From Eledone cirrhosa (Eukaryota), in assembly GCA_964016885.1 (NCBI GenBank), contig OZ024743.1, forward strand, positions 154,628,001-154,692,000: a DNA stretch of 64,000 nucleotides, in the 5' to 3' direction. Positions 1 to 13,039 of the stretch are shown in pieces. Positions within the stretch are counted from its first letter, which is position 1. Each line of letters starts with the position of its first letter. The notes under the pieces were generated by a model. It had not been told where the DNA came from and ran no database searches. It worked only from the letters and a program-made list of their open reading frames with translations. The position numbers and the translations under genes are program-made.

Positions 1-269
1 TCAGCACTGAATAGTCCATCGTAAACCATTGCCTTCCATCTCATTCTTTTAACGACTTGTTCGATTTTATCAATGAGGATTTTGGTGTATGTTGTGTTGG
101 AAGGAGTGGGTATGTTTTTGATAGAATAATCCAAATCATAAAGGTCCATGGTGTATGTTGGTTAAATTCCTGAAAACTGTAGAGTGCTCAACTAATCGGG
201 CTGGAAAGTGCCAATCGTATATGTAATATCGAATATGCTGCGATCAATCCCGGTTGGAGCTGTATAAAT
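1..269 (-). mobile_element. 5' end of a second, tandem copy of Penelope-like element family A (ORF start at 149, runs off the window)
   Basis: 1-269 is nearly identical to 4268-4536 (offset 4267), including the start codon of the MDLYDLDYSIKNIPTPS ORF. Confidence 0.9.
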
Positions 270-377
270 GAAGTAATTCCATCGGAAAAGTCCAGGAAAA
301 AAGAGTGCTCTATGTAAGCAACAGAGCTTAATTATTATTATTATGTAATAAACAACATAAGGCAATTATTCCATTTA

Positions 378-436
378 CCAGTGGTTTCTTAAAAGCAAAA
401 GGTTTTGCTTTCAATCCTCAGAATGAAAAATCCTGG
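378..436 (-). ncRNA. Degenerate or ultra-minimal hammerhead-like motif in the PLE-A UTR
   Basis: Minus strand reads CUGAGGA-UU-GAAA-GCAAAA-CC-UUUUGC-UU: core boxes and stem III present, stem II reduced to UU, weak stem I. A more decayed copy lies 1400 bp away at 1778-1837. Confidence 0.45.
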
Positions 437-529
437 TTTGTTTATTGAATATGGATTCTAAAAACAAAAATGCAATCTATATGAAAGTGAGGCTGGAAAA
501 GGGAGAAGGAAAGGAAAAATAAAATAAAA

Positions 530-790
530 CTACACATGCAAACACACACAAAAAAACACAAAAGCATACTTACACACACATACATATATACACATATATA
601 AATGCACGCATACACATATACATATACACATATATATATATATATACATATATAAAAAGAGCGTACACCTACACACACATACACATATATATACATACAT
701 ATACACATACATACATTCATACATACACACACACATACACACACACACATACACACACACACACACACATACACACACACATATATATAC

Positions 791-864
<74 letters not shown>

Positions 865-1243
865 CTGTGTGTGTACAAGCATACACATACACACACATAT
901 ATATACACACATACATACATTCACACAAACATACAACGTACATACATACACATACATGAATGCACTCCACTACATATTCACACACGCAAATAAATATAAG
1001 AAAAAATTATATAAATATATATTAACAAATTTTTGATACCGATACATGCCCCAGCTAACAGGACAGACACGCGTGGTAAGTAATATACACAAAATCACAT
1101 ATATATACGTACGAAATAGTAAACACATACACACACTCTCACACATAAATATACATATACAAATACATAAACACGTACATACACATACATACACAAACAC
1201 GAACACGTATACAATATAAACACACACATGTATATGTAATTAT

Positions 1244-1305
<62 letters not shown>

Positions 1306-1595
1306 CATACAAAAATGTAAACGCACACACGCATATAAATACGTAAACACACATATACATACATAGCTAAACAATTATACACATGCAAATACGTATATAT
1401 CAAAAGAACGCACAACCAAATACAAACACACACACATTTACACACACACACACACACACACAAACCCACACATACATAAATATAAATAAATACACACGCA
1501 CACATATACATACATACACATACATATACACATACATACATATACACGTATACATATACATACATACACATATATATATATATACATACATATAC

Positions 1596-1627
<32 letters not shown>

Positions 1628-1901
1628 ACGTACACATACACACATGCATACACATACACACACACATATACATGTGTGTATGTGTAAAGCTCAGTATTAG
1701 ATAAGACAAATGAACCTTACATAAATGTATATATAGTAGTAAAGTAATAAAGCCATACAAGGCAATTAATCCATTCACCAGAGGTTTCTTAAAAGCAAAA
1801 AAAGTTTCCTTCAATCTTCAGAATGAAAAAAGCCTGGTTTATCCACATATACATACATATACACACACAAATATACAATTATATACACACATACAGACAC
1901 G

Positions 1902-1960
<59 letters not shown>

Positions 1961-1966
1961 ATACAG

Positions 1967-2003
<37 letters not shown>

Positions 2004-2120
2004 TATACATACATATACATATACATATATATATATACACAAACACATACGTACATATATACATATATACACATATATATATATATACACACAAAAATAC
2101 ATACACATACACATAGGTAT
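530..2120. repeat. Compound (CA)/(TA)/(TACA) microsatellite field inside the PLE-A 3' UTR
   Basis: Direct inspection; it generates the spurious YI/CV/HT ORFs. Confidence 0.95.
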
Positions 2121-2278
2121 GTGAAGGGCAAAACAAAAAGAATATGGGGGGGGGGCTAAGAGGAGGTAAAAATATAAGGGGAGGTAAGGGAGAAAAAATA
2201 TTTTTAAATATACAAGAGTACAAAAGGTAGAATCAGCAAAATAAAAACCGTAGCAAAAGTAAAGAGCAGAGAAGGAGT

Positions 2279-4416
2279 TCAAGTCGGTTGATTTATCGTA
2301 GGAGTGTCAATCCAGTTACAGATCAGATGCGATTTCAGATGAGGACAGCATCTGAAGATCTCAGTCTTTGAGTTAAGGCAAGCGGAAGTGGCTCTCAAGT
2401 TTAGCAAAATCCTATACTTTTCTGTGGTACACAAAGAACAATTCTTTGTGCCCCTTTGGTACTCCCTCGAATGGCTAATATAGACCAATCAATAGAGTAC
2501 GGGATATTACTATCCTTGAGATCCCATACATTACTTGCGAGTGCCGTTGATGTTCGTTTATCTGAGTGTTTAAAAGAAGCGACATGTGAGTAAAATCTGG
2601 TTTTAAACCTGTCCTGGGTCATACCGACATATCGCTCACTTCTGGCTGGCTGGTTGTTGATAACTGGCGTTATCTTAGCCTCATAAACGACAGATTTTGT
2701 GTTACATTTACCCTGCAATGGGCATTCTTCCGGCTTCCTGCAACTGCATCCTGGATTTATCCTCGTACGGTTTGAACTGGTGATTTTGGACTTCATGGAT
2801 GGGCAACAAGAGTAGCTGATCTTAACTACATTCCTATTAAAAATCTTATAATATCTATGAATAGGAGGAAATGTTTGTCTAATAGTTCAAGGAATTTCCT
2901 TCCTACATTAGTTTTGACATTTAGAGAGAAGGGGGAGGGGGTGAACCAAATAATCTTCCTTTTCCTGTTATTATGGTTAGTTTTAGGGGGGGGGGGGGAG
3001 TATGTAAATAAGAAATATTTTCTGTAAAACCGCTGTTCTTAAGGGCTTTATTATAATAAGGGGCGGCTTTATTAAAAATGTCTATAGACGAAGATAAGGT
3101 AGAAATCCTACGGCTAATGTTAGGAATAAGATTATTAAAAACTATAGGGGGATGGCAAGACTCTTTGTGTATATACCTAAGATTTTCATTAGGTCTATGA
3201 TAGGGTTTAAAAGAGGCAGTAGGTAGATCAAGATTAATATCAAGAAAGTTAGCATTAGTAAGGTTCGTATCTATAGTAATTTTAAGGTTAAGATTAACAA
3301 AGGTACTAATTAAATCTTTACGGAATTTATCAAGATTATGGCCATTGGTGGTATGAGAAACTGCTAATCCGTCATCACGGTATAAACCGATATTATGGCA
3401 CGGAAATTTCTCTTTGAGTGTGAGGAGAAGGAATAATCCTACTAAGTCGCACACATCCGCACTGTCATAGGAACCATTGCAACATCGAAAGAGTTTTCAG
3501 GGTTTGACTTTTTAACCCAAATATTATCATTAGTAAAAAGTAAAGTTTTTCTAGCATGAAAGATAATGTTCTCTTCTAATTTGGAGATATTAATGAAGGG
3601 TCTTGCAAAATCTAAGGCTTTAGTTAATAAGGAAACAGTAATAGAAGGGTAAAAATCGACAATATCAAATTGGGTAAATCTACACCTATTTTTACCTTGT
3701 ATATTATTGAACCAAGAAATAACAGAGGAAGTATTTAGCCACTGTGAAAGGACAGTGTTAGTTCTAATTTGGAGAATTATTTTTCTTAAGATTTTCTTAC
3801 TAGCAAGGCCAACCTCGGATTTAGCCGGGTTAATCAGTCTACAACTAGGTCGATTAGTAAAGTCCAATTTATGGTCTTTAAGGTTAATATATTCTTTACG
3901 CTTAGCTAAGCTTTCAATCCGGTTATCAATTTGTAAAGAACTAGCTAGTTCTTTAGCTTCTTTATTGATAGTATTGTAGCTAATTTTATTAGTTAATTGA
4001 TATTTATTGGTAATACTATTAGTTAAAAGTTGGTTATACAAATTACTATTAACTTCAAAGAGGTTTTTAGTTTTATCAGAAAGAACGAAAGTGTTTGTAG
4101 AATTTCTAAAATTAGAGATATCGTGAGAAAGTTTAGTTTGAAAATTATTATTGTACTTACGAAATTTAATATCACTAATTAGATTAACGAGGTCTAATTC
4201 GAAGTTGGCCATGTCTTTAATTCTAGGTGGATATTTACGGGATTTAATGTCAAAATAATCTTTAGTATCAGCACTGAATAGTCCATCGTAAACCATTGCC
4301 TTCCATCTCATTCTTTTAACGACTTGTTCGATTTTATCAATGAGGATTTTGGTGTATGTTGTGTTGGAAGGAGTGGGTATGTTTTTGATAGAATAATCCA
4401 AATCATAAAGGTCCAT
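2279..4416 (-). pseudogene. Frameshifted PLE polyprotein (RT plus C-terminal GIY-YIG endonuclease)
   Basis: Motifs SDKT, LKDHK..RLINPAKSEVG, FDIVDFYPSI, FDVAM(G), GLYRDDG, FLDINL; linker CSCRKPEECPLQGKC; VVYEAK..RYVGMT..FKTRFYSH; CSLCTTEK..LNSKTE..CPH. Split over four ORFs. Confidence 0.92.
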
Positions 4417-4668
4417 CGTGTATGTTGGTTAAATTCCTGAAAACTGTAGAGTGCTCAACTAATCGGGCTGGAAAGTGCCAATCGTATATGTAATATCGAA
4501 TATGCTGCGATCAATCCCGGTTGGAGCTGTATAAATATTTATTTGCGTGTGTGAATATGTAGTGGAGTGCATTCATGTATGTGTATGTATGTACGTTGTA
4601 TGTTTGTGTGAATGTATGTATGTGTGTATATATATGTGTGTGTGTATGTGTATGCTTGTACACACACA

Positions 4669-4761
<93 letters not shown>

Positions 4762-4954
4762 GTTTTTGGCAACCATTCACGATGTGGCTCAATGATGAAT
4801 TAATTAATTAAATAATCAGAGCAATATACTATAAAGTATGTCCAAAGAATCATTTGATAATATATATACAGCATTTCCTCTCCCAATCACCATAATCAAC
4901 CACACAAAAAAAAACAATTAAACCAGGCTATAAATTAAAAGGCACCTATGAAGA

Positions 4955-5011
<57 letters not shown>

Positions 5012-5027
5012 TATTTACTTATTTATT

Positions 5028-5160
5028 GGCATCCGTCGGTCTGGAAAGCCCATGGATTTAGGCCTGATTAATTCTGTGTCAGTTACTGATGGCGGAGCAG
5101 TGTCTGCTGTGGCTGTACATGCCTAAGCTGGTAAGGCAATCACGTATACGGTGACTGCAT
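5028..5160 (-). mobile_element. 3' terminal fragment of an RTE-clade LINE
   Basis: Minus strand ends ...CCAGACCGACGGATGCC-AATAAAT, resembling RTE 3' ends. Confidence 0.45.
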
Positions 5161-5389
5161 TTGTAGATAACACCGTGTAACCTATAGTTTGTTCCCCGGT
5201 TATGAGTGTTATTTCCTCGTTTGGTATATCAGATTTTTATGAACAAATACTATTATTTAATAACAAGTTTGGGTTCGTGGTCAGAAGTTTTATATTTCAA
5301 AGTGTTCATATTTTTCAAGAAAAAACACAATTTTTTTTAATTTATCAGTTCATATAATTAAATCAACAGACTATATATTTATTTTATTA

Positions 5390-6535
5390 CACAAGCTTAT
5401 CAAAAGCATACGAGTAAAAACAAATAACACTTCTAAAGCAACTTATGCACGTCAGAAATGACTGGATTTCCTGGATTTGCGGTTGTAGTCCAGGTCGCAT
5501 TCCCGCACTAGCCCCAAGATATATGCCCCCATCATTATTTCATTGTAGTGGCCTTGGTACCTCCGCTGTATCTCTTTCACATTTTGGTGGAATCGTCCGC
5601 CTCATTCTTCTGAGTAGGCGCCCATATTATCCTTGAATTTTTCCAGGTAAGCTTCCAGCTTATGGTGTTTAAGCGACATCCTACAACCCTTGGCGCCAAA
5701 AGCCTTTTCAGATCCTGCACCAGTTGCTGGTAGTTTTCAGCTCTGTAGTTACCCAGGAAACCCTTAACAACTGCCTTGAAACAGTTCCATGCTGTACTCT
5801 CAATCCTATTGAGTTTATTGGAGAACTCTGTAGACTCAAACACCTTCTCTATCTGAGGTCCAACATAAATTCCACCTTTGATTTTGGCCTCAGATAACTT
5901 GGGGAAGAACTCAACAAGGTACTTAAAAGCGGCTGATTCTTTAGTGAGAGCCTTCATAAACTGCTTCATCAACCCCAACTTAATGTGCAGTGGCGGGACG
6001 AGCACAATCCTGGGATCAACCAGTGGCTCCCACATGATGTTCCGGGTCCCACCTACAAATTCTGCTCACTGCTCCCAGTTCTTTCTTTTGTAGTGATCAG
6101 AGGTGGCTCTGCTGTCCCAAAGGCAAAGGAAGCATTGAAATTTGATAAAGCCGCCTTAGAGGCCAAGCAGGAAAGCCACCATCTTGAAGTCTCCAATGAT
6201 TTCCCAATTGTACTTGTTGTATTGCAGAGCTTCCAATAGGATGTTCCTACTGTAGTAATCTTCCTTAAGGCAAACTGAATGAACTAGGGGCAATGTCGGG
6301 AACTTGTTTCCATTGTGGAGGAGGACAGCCTTCAAACTTGTGGTGGAGCTGTCTATAAATAGCCGCCACTCCTTGGGCACAAACGGCACCCCAATGCCGT
6401 TGTTTGACGTCCAAGCACATCATGGCAGAAGCAGAGGCCATCCCTAAGAGTGTAAAAGACCGAGAAAGGTTCGTGTCGACTTCTCTGACTTGTCACCTGC
6501 ACTTACTCCTTGACCAAGATCCACTGTTTCATCCT
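5390..6535 (-). pseudogene. DDE DNA transposase relic, Chapaev3 (CMC)-like
   Basis: EWRLFIDSS..SLKAVLLHNGN, GDFKMVAFLLGL, CFLCLWDSRA, PPLHIKLGLMKQF, KIKGGIYVGPQI, YSEE*GGRFHQ; stops and frameshifts present. Family name assigned from remembered motifs. Confidence 0.8.
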
Positions 6536-6583
6536 GAAGTAAAAACGAAGTAGTTGCAGATGTTCAATTTTTTCAATAATAAT

Positions 6584-6657
6584 GCTGTGATATATATGTC
6601 AATGGCGACAGTGTCCACACTGTTCTGTGTGCCAGTGTCGCGACATCGTCAGGCAGC
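6584..6657 (-). ncRNA. Type I hammerhead ribozyme with long stem II (GAAA mutated to GACA)
   Basis: gcugc-CUGACGA-ug..gcgaca...ugucgc.ca.uu-GACA-uauaua-UC-acagc. Confidence 0.6.
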
Positions 6658-7666
6658 TTGTTACATAATAAGGTTATGTTTCCGAGGCAATCCATATTGA
6701 ATCGACATAGGAATTGACGAAGTGTGTGCTTTTGGGTTCTTCATCCGTTCCCCTGTGAGTACCAATTCACCCCCACCGGTCTGCGCAGGCGCAGGTCCGG
6801 AGGAAATTGACCATTAGCTACCGCAGATTTCAAGGTCTTTTTGCATTTATTCATTATTGGGTCTTTTCGTTTGTGTACTTTATATCTGTTTTTTTTTGTT
6901 TGTTCGATGTGATGGAAATTATGACTATGTACCCGATTGACTACTGCCTTTCATACTGTAATTTACCCTCCGTTCTATGGTACGGTACTATCGTTCAGAA
7001 TGTGGATAGTGTAACTGTCACATTACTGCCCAGTTCAGAACTTCTTACTTAAACATATCTCTGAATATTATTTACTCACTTCAATCTATATATATTTTTA
7101 GTCACATCAATCCGGATTCTCATTTGAAACATTTTTTAATTTCTATTTGTTAATTTTTTAATTTTTTTAATTTTTTAATTTATAATTTCTGATATTTTAT
7201 TTAGGATTTTCGATTTGAAATTTTAATTTTTATTTCCAACTCTCACTCATAACTTCCAATGTGAAACCATGATACCTAGAATTAAGTATATTTTCTCTTA
7301 GGGGTTGATGGTCAGTTGTACTGTCCATGCTTGGTGAGAGTTAGTATTGGGACCTCTAAATACTAACACACTCCCATCTCTGTGGCTTTCGGCTGACTGC
7401 CACAGACGGGATGGCTATCAGTAAACTATGGTACATGCTTGAATGGGTCATTGTTTTGGCTAAGAGGGGGAACTGACTAAGCGAATTTCGTTGAAATCTG
7501 CGGTAGCTAATGGTCAATTTCCTCCGGACCTGCGCCTGCGCAGACCGGTGGGGGTGAATTGGTACTCACAGGGGAACGGATGAAGAACCCAAAAGCACAC
7601 ACTTCGTCCGTCCCTATGTCGATTCAATTTGGATTGACTCAGAAACATAACCTATTTATGTAACAA

Positions 7667-7740
7667 GCTGCCTGACGTTGTCGCAACAGTGGCACACAGA
7701 ACAGCGTGGCCACCGTCGCCATTGAAATATATATCACAGC
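7667..7740 (+). ncRNA. Type I hammerhead ribozyme with long stem II (CUGACGA mutated to CUGACGU)
   Basis: gcugc-CUGACGU...GAAA-uauaua-UC-acagc; palindromic stem III. Confidence 0.6.
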
Positions 7741-7789
7741 ATTAGTATTAAAAGACTTGTACATCTGAAACTACTTCGCTCTTCCTTAT

Positions 7790-7935
<146 letters not shown>

Positions 7936-8019
7936 AACATATACATACATATATACATAAACACATATACACATACATATACACACAAACACACACACAC
8001 ACATATATATATATATTGG

Positions 8020-8273
8020 TAAACGGAATAGAAAATGCTGACAAATTGTTCACAGTTGAAAAATGGTTTAATTAGGAATAAAAGAGTATTAGTGATTGTA
8101 TGGGTTAGTATTCAGTTGTGGTTTTAAGTTTTTACCGGTTGCTCATATACATATGTATAAATATATACATATATAAAAAATAAATAAAAACATACACCGA
8201 TATATACATAAATACATACATGCACATACACACATACACATACACACATACACATACACACACACACACACAC

Positions 8274-8328
<55 letters not shown>

Positions 8329-8975
8329 TATATATATATTTACAAATAAGTACTCATAAATATACGCGTATACACAGGCACATAAAAAAGATCTCTACAG
8401 GCAGAAAATGCAGATAGGTAAGAGGTACTCACATAACCATAGTGGCCGTATTTGAGGTTGAGGAGGGGTGGGTGGGGTAGTAAGGAAGTAGAGGTGCTAA
8501 AAGGGGGAAGTCGTTTTTAGCCATCGGGCATTAACACTAGCTTAAGATATTTGATATTTGCAAAGTCCTTGTGCATGTAGTTCGGGCAGTGTTAAGAGTG
8601 TTTGTTCAGTAGCGGCCATTGGCGAATAACATTTCGTAGCTCTCTGAGATACAATGGTCGCAGCCCTTGTATCCTTCGTTGTAAGAACGCGCTTTCTGGA
8701 GTATTTTCTATTTAAGCGTGAAGGGGGTGGAGTTCCTTTTGAGGTCCCAAACGTAGGAGGAGAGTGTTGTCTGGTTTGATTTGTCCGGTCTTCTGAAGGA
8801 ATGGGTATGGGCATAACGACGGGTTTAAATGTATTGGAAGTCATGCCAATGTAAGTCTTTTTGTTATTGCAATCATCGGTGCCTGAGATGACATCGCATT
8901 TATATACGATATCAATTGTCAGGCATTTGTTTGAAGTGGGCAGGCTTCCTTATTTGGGCAATTACTTTGTTACTC
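8020..8975 (-). mobile_element. 5'-truncated PLE (GIY-YIG end plus 3' UTR)
   Basis: Minus-strand translation across frameshifts: CP..KCLTIDIVYKCDV..KTYIGMTSNTFK..YAHTHSF..TTLSSYVWDLK..CDHCISE. Confidence 0.8.
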
Positions 8976-9116
8976 TAAATATAAATTATAGCTTTAAAGA
9001 ATTAGCTTTTAATGAATTCCCTTTTCTATCAACCAATGACCTCTACCCATCCCACTCCCTACCCTCTCCTACCACCTGAAGAGACCTATAAATTCCATAT
9101 TTATTTGTTGATACCC

Positions 9117-9167
9117 AGGTACCTGATGATTTCTAAAGAATGAAACAGTTCTAGTCCTGTAGAATCT
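9117..9167 (+). ncRNA. Type I hammerhead ribozyme
   Basis: agguac-CUGAUGA-u.uuc.uaaa.gaa.u-GAAA-cag..cug-UA-gaaucu; ends about 15 nt before a (TA)n tract. Confidence 0.65.
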
Positions 9168-9311
9168 AATCTATATTAAAACTATATATATATATATATA
9201 TATAGTATTTTCCGTAGTGTTGTAATATGAATATTACACACAGTAGATGGACAGCTCACGTAGAGTTTGCTCGACGGTTCCAGTTGTAGTTTCAAAAGTA
9301 ATCCGGAGAAA

Positions 9312-9573
9312 ATAGAAGGATTTAAATGATACAGTTCAGTTAAAAGGAATTTATTGACACGTGTTTCAATAACATTTACATAACCAGAAAACAGCTGCTA
9401 TCTACAAAGTATTAATTATGCTGAAATGACAGTTGATAATAACATTGAAATATTGAGTGTCTGCATATTTAACACTTTGTAGATAGCAGCTGTTTTCAGG
9501 TTATGTAACTGTTATTGAAACACGTGTCAATAAATTCCTTTTAACTGAACTGCATCCATTTAAATCCTTCTAT
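9312..9573. repeat. Fold-back hairpin (arms 9312-9424 and 9460-9573) containing a 5'-clipped hammerhead
   Basis: Near-perfect inverted arms. Plus strand has UGA-AAUGACAGUU...AACUGUUAUU-GAAA-CACGUG-UC. Confidence 0.75.
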
Positions 9574-9778
9574 ATATATGTATATATATATATATCTATA
9601 TCTATATATATCTCTCTCTCTATATATATGTGTGTGTGTATGTGTGTGTGTAGTGTTAGATACACCGGGTCTGAAAATACGTTAGGATGATCACGGTTGG
9701 AACACATGTGTCTATGTCTGTTAAAATAGGTTTGCTGGACGGAGACAAATTAATAGTAGCGAACATCATATTTCTTTC

Positions 9779-9967
9779 ACCGGTGGATTGGCAGTATCGA
9801 TAGAGGGTCGGACGTCTTGTTTGCAGCATAGTTACGTCCCTTTATGATCTGAGTTCAAATCCCGCTGAGGTAAACTTTGCCTTTCATCCTTACGGGGTCG
9901 ATAAAATAAAGTACCAGTAATGTACTGGGTAATTGCTGGCCTTGTGTCAAACGGAGAAACAATTATA
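9779..9967 (+). mobile_element. tRNA-derived SINE, family 1
   Basis: A-box-like TGGCAGTATCG, B-box GAGTTCAAATCC, conserved core GCCTTTCATCCTTACGGGGTCGATAAAATAAAGTACCAG, tail AGAAACAATTAT. About ten copies in the window. Confidence 0.85.
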
Positions 9968-11859
9968 TTTCTTTCCTACAATCATGTCAGCTCACCTATC
10001 ATTCTCTTTTTTCTCTCCACCTCCCTGTCTCTCTGTCTGATGCCCCTATTTTCCCTCTTGTTCACATTCTAAATATCTGCTCCTCTTACGCATATGTTAT
10101 AATTTTTGAAGATTACAACATTTCAAATTCCATAAAAGAAACGTAATAAGAGTACATAACTATTCCTTAATTCTTACTTAATTGACTCTTGGCAGTTCTC
10201 ACGTTCTTGAAGCCAGGTGATTAATATTTATTACCACACGCAATTGAAAATGTTTGATCTTTCATTTTATTATTCTTTGAAGAATGAAAATGCGTTCAAT
10301 AATTATGTGACAGGAATCCTGTAAATTAGAATAGTTCATGTTTCATAGTTGCTTTGATGGATAATCTATTAATGGAATTGTGAGATTTTCATAACAACGA
10401 TATGAAATACAATATTCTATTTTTGTATGCATACAAAATCTGTTTCGCTATTGATCGGAATGTTTTCATTAAGATAATTTAACAGTGACTCTATTCTATT
10501 TATTCAAAAATTGTAATAAAAAAAAACGAAAACGATTCTTACACACTTGTGAATACATGTAAACCTGTATATATATTTATATACTTCTATATGCGTGTAA
10601 TTGATTGTGACCTGAATATACATACCTAAATGTAATAAATCTATATCAGTATGCTTATCACTATTCAAAATGCCATTACATTAAAGTACCAGTAATGTAC
10701 TGGTTAATTGCTGCCGTCGTTCCAAAAGTAGAAACAACTATGTAAAATGCCTGAAAGATTGTTATAACGCAGGTTGGTCGTATTTACAAGCTCTGTGGAG
10801 AAATAAATATTAGTACGTTGGATAGATATATCTTTATGCACTTTTAGTGATACATCATATTCATGCCATCTATGAAGATCTGTGCATCCCTCCCATTGGA
10901 AAAAATAGAATATAATTATATTTATCCTTTGTTAGTTAACTTACGTGTGCAAAAACTCGAATTATCGTCACTAGAGTTCCTAGCTTATCTGTTGTTCTTG
11001 TTTAGACCCAAGTAAATTATGTATATATATTTTGAAATCCACTGCGCAGAGTTCACAATATGCCACGATTGAATTTTTTAGTGTACGAAATATTTCAAAG
11101 CATCAAGTAAATCGTCACTTTTGGAAATATTATGGCAGTTGAATAATTTCTTCGCAACGTGCCAATCTACCGGGATTTCGTTCTCGCCAATGTTTTCACG
11201 CAGGTGATTATGGTAAAGCATTCGATCCAAACCTTATTTGTATCAATTTCTCTATATCATGGAGGGCAGGTGAAAGGCATGGGAACATAACTTTCTTCAC
11301 GGCCTAAACTATAGTGGTGGGGAAGACAAAGAAATGAAAAAGCTAGAAAAAGAGAGCCAGAAATATTGAGAGAGGTAACATAAATGTCGAAGTATCTGGC
11401 AGGATCTAGCGTGCAACGCGATCTAGGTGCACGATATACAGATTAATATTCATACGAAGAAAAGGAAAATGAGGTATGGCAAGAATTTCGTGAGAAGACA
11501 AGAATGAGTAACGACTATGTGGGGATCATATGGAAACTATTAACTGCATTACTCATAATCATACAACCCCGGGCTATAAAGATATAGAAGTACCTTATGA
11601 GGAATTTAATTCCATGTCATATCTCATCAAAGACATATCTTAATTTTGAAAGGCACTTACATCTGGATAAGGCAGAATAAGATGATTTTAAAATAGATTT
11701 GCCGCTATCTCTAGTAAGACGATTGGTCACATAAAGTCCACCCAGTAGGTTATTGGATATTGAGTTCAAATTCAAAAAAGGACCGTTTACTGTGTTATCT
11801 TCATTGTTTCAGTTCATATATGTTATAAATATTACTGACTTTGTTCACGAAAAACATTA

Positions 11860-12103
11860 GAACCTTGAAAGTTCTCCCTTGAGACACAATCTGGGCAAGA
11901 TTGTTTGTGGAAAACCATAAGACGCCCATGTATACCAGTCCTCCTTGTCCACGCCAGCAATATCCAAGGGAAAGGCAAAGTCTGATACGACTGGTCAACA
12001 ATGACATCACAACTCATCTCTACAGCTGAGTGGTTTGGAGCAACGTGAAATGCAGTTTTGTGGCACAAGAACACAATGGAAAACTCGATCTGAGAATCAA
12101 ATG

Positions 12104-12105
<2 letters not shown>
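11860..12105 (-). mobile_element. SINE family 2 fragment (tRNA head, CORE-like body)
   Basis: Reverse complement matches the TGTCCTT..CAAGACAC..TTTCACGTTGCTCC segment of 12915-13022 and 13940-14066. Confidence 0.55.
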
Positions 12106-12145
<40 letters not shown>

Positions 12146-12396
12146 TGTATATACGTGTATATATATATATATACATATATATCTAAATATATATCTAATA
12201 TATGTAGAAATAAAGACAGTAAATTGTGTGTCTAAAATTACGAGGGTAGAAGTACCACATTGGTTTGATTAATTACAGGGTATCAATATGAGTTGGTAAC
12301 TCTATATTTTATTTGTATATATACATATACATATATGCATAATTGCAAACGAATCGAATATTATTATTAATATACGAAAACTCAGATGGCATTTAA

Positions 12397-12453
<57 letters not shown>

Positions 12454-12795
12454 TTATAAATATATATATATCTAATCTGAGTATTTCGAATTTTAATAAT
12501 ATCATTCGATTCGTTTGCAATTATGCACACAGCCTAATTTTTAAAGCCATGTCAGTAGAATGAACCCTTCATTCTTGATCTTGTGTTGGCATGTAAACAG
12601 AACTGCAGACACTAATGTTCCTGGGTATCACCCTTCATCACTACAGCTCACTGTTCACCTGCCAACTGTCAGAGCTAGTGAAAATATATGGTATTTCCTA
12701 AAATATACAGTGAGTGATCGGTTATCATTAATATTCGAAAGACTCACATTATATTTATTACATTCAGCCATGTAGAGCGAAAATTATATGTATAC

Positions 12796-12826
<31 letters not shown>

Positions 12827-12829
12827 CAC

Positions 12830-12914
<85 letters not shown>

Positions 12915-13022
12915 TGTGTTGTTGAGTGGTTAGAGAATTAGATTCACAAACTTGAGGTTGTGAATTCGATTTCTGGATTGGGCGATCTGTTATGTCCTTG
13001 TGCAAATACGTTATTTCACGAG
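12915..13022 (+). mobile_element. SINE family 2 head
   Basis: A box (GAGTGG), B-box-like GAATTCGATTTC, then TTATGTCCTTGTGCAA..TTTCACG. Confidence 0.6.
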
Positions 13023-13039
13023 ATTTATATATATATATA

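Larger units (their letters stand above)
270..4760 (-). mobile_element. Penelope-like retroelement, family A: ORF, long microsatellite-rich 3' UTR/pLTR and a 5' inverted fragment
   Basis: RT and GIY-YIG ORF pieces at 2279-4416. 4535-4690 is an inverted copy of about 840-998, and a tandem copy follows at 1-269. Tandem plus 5'-inverted arrangement is typical of PLEs. Confidence 0.85.
6546..7778. mobile_element. Inverted-repeat element (arms 6546-6833 and 7491-7778), each arm carrying an outward-facing hammerhead
   Basis: Arms are reverse complements; the right end runs into a long (TA)n tract. Confidence 0.8.

Noticed and set aside
442-2282. Many long [12 protein letters not shown] ORFs here and at 4.5, 7.8, 13.5, 29.3, 31.3 and 39.6 kb
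   Set aside because: Translations of dinucleotide microsatellites that lack stop codons.
2279-4416. Selenocysteine recoding as in some Naiad PLEs
   Set aside because: PLE ORFs here are broken mainly by frameshifts and random stops, not in-frame TGA at Cys positions, and the endonuclease is C-terminal.
11204-11269. Apparent AG/GT-bounded exon (DYGKAFD...)
   Set aside because: Resembles RT motif A of a decayed LINE rather than a host exon.
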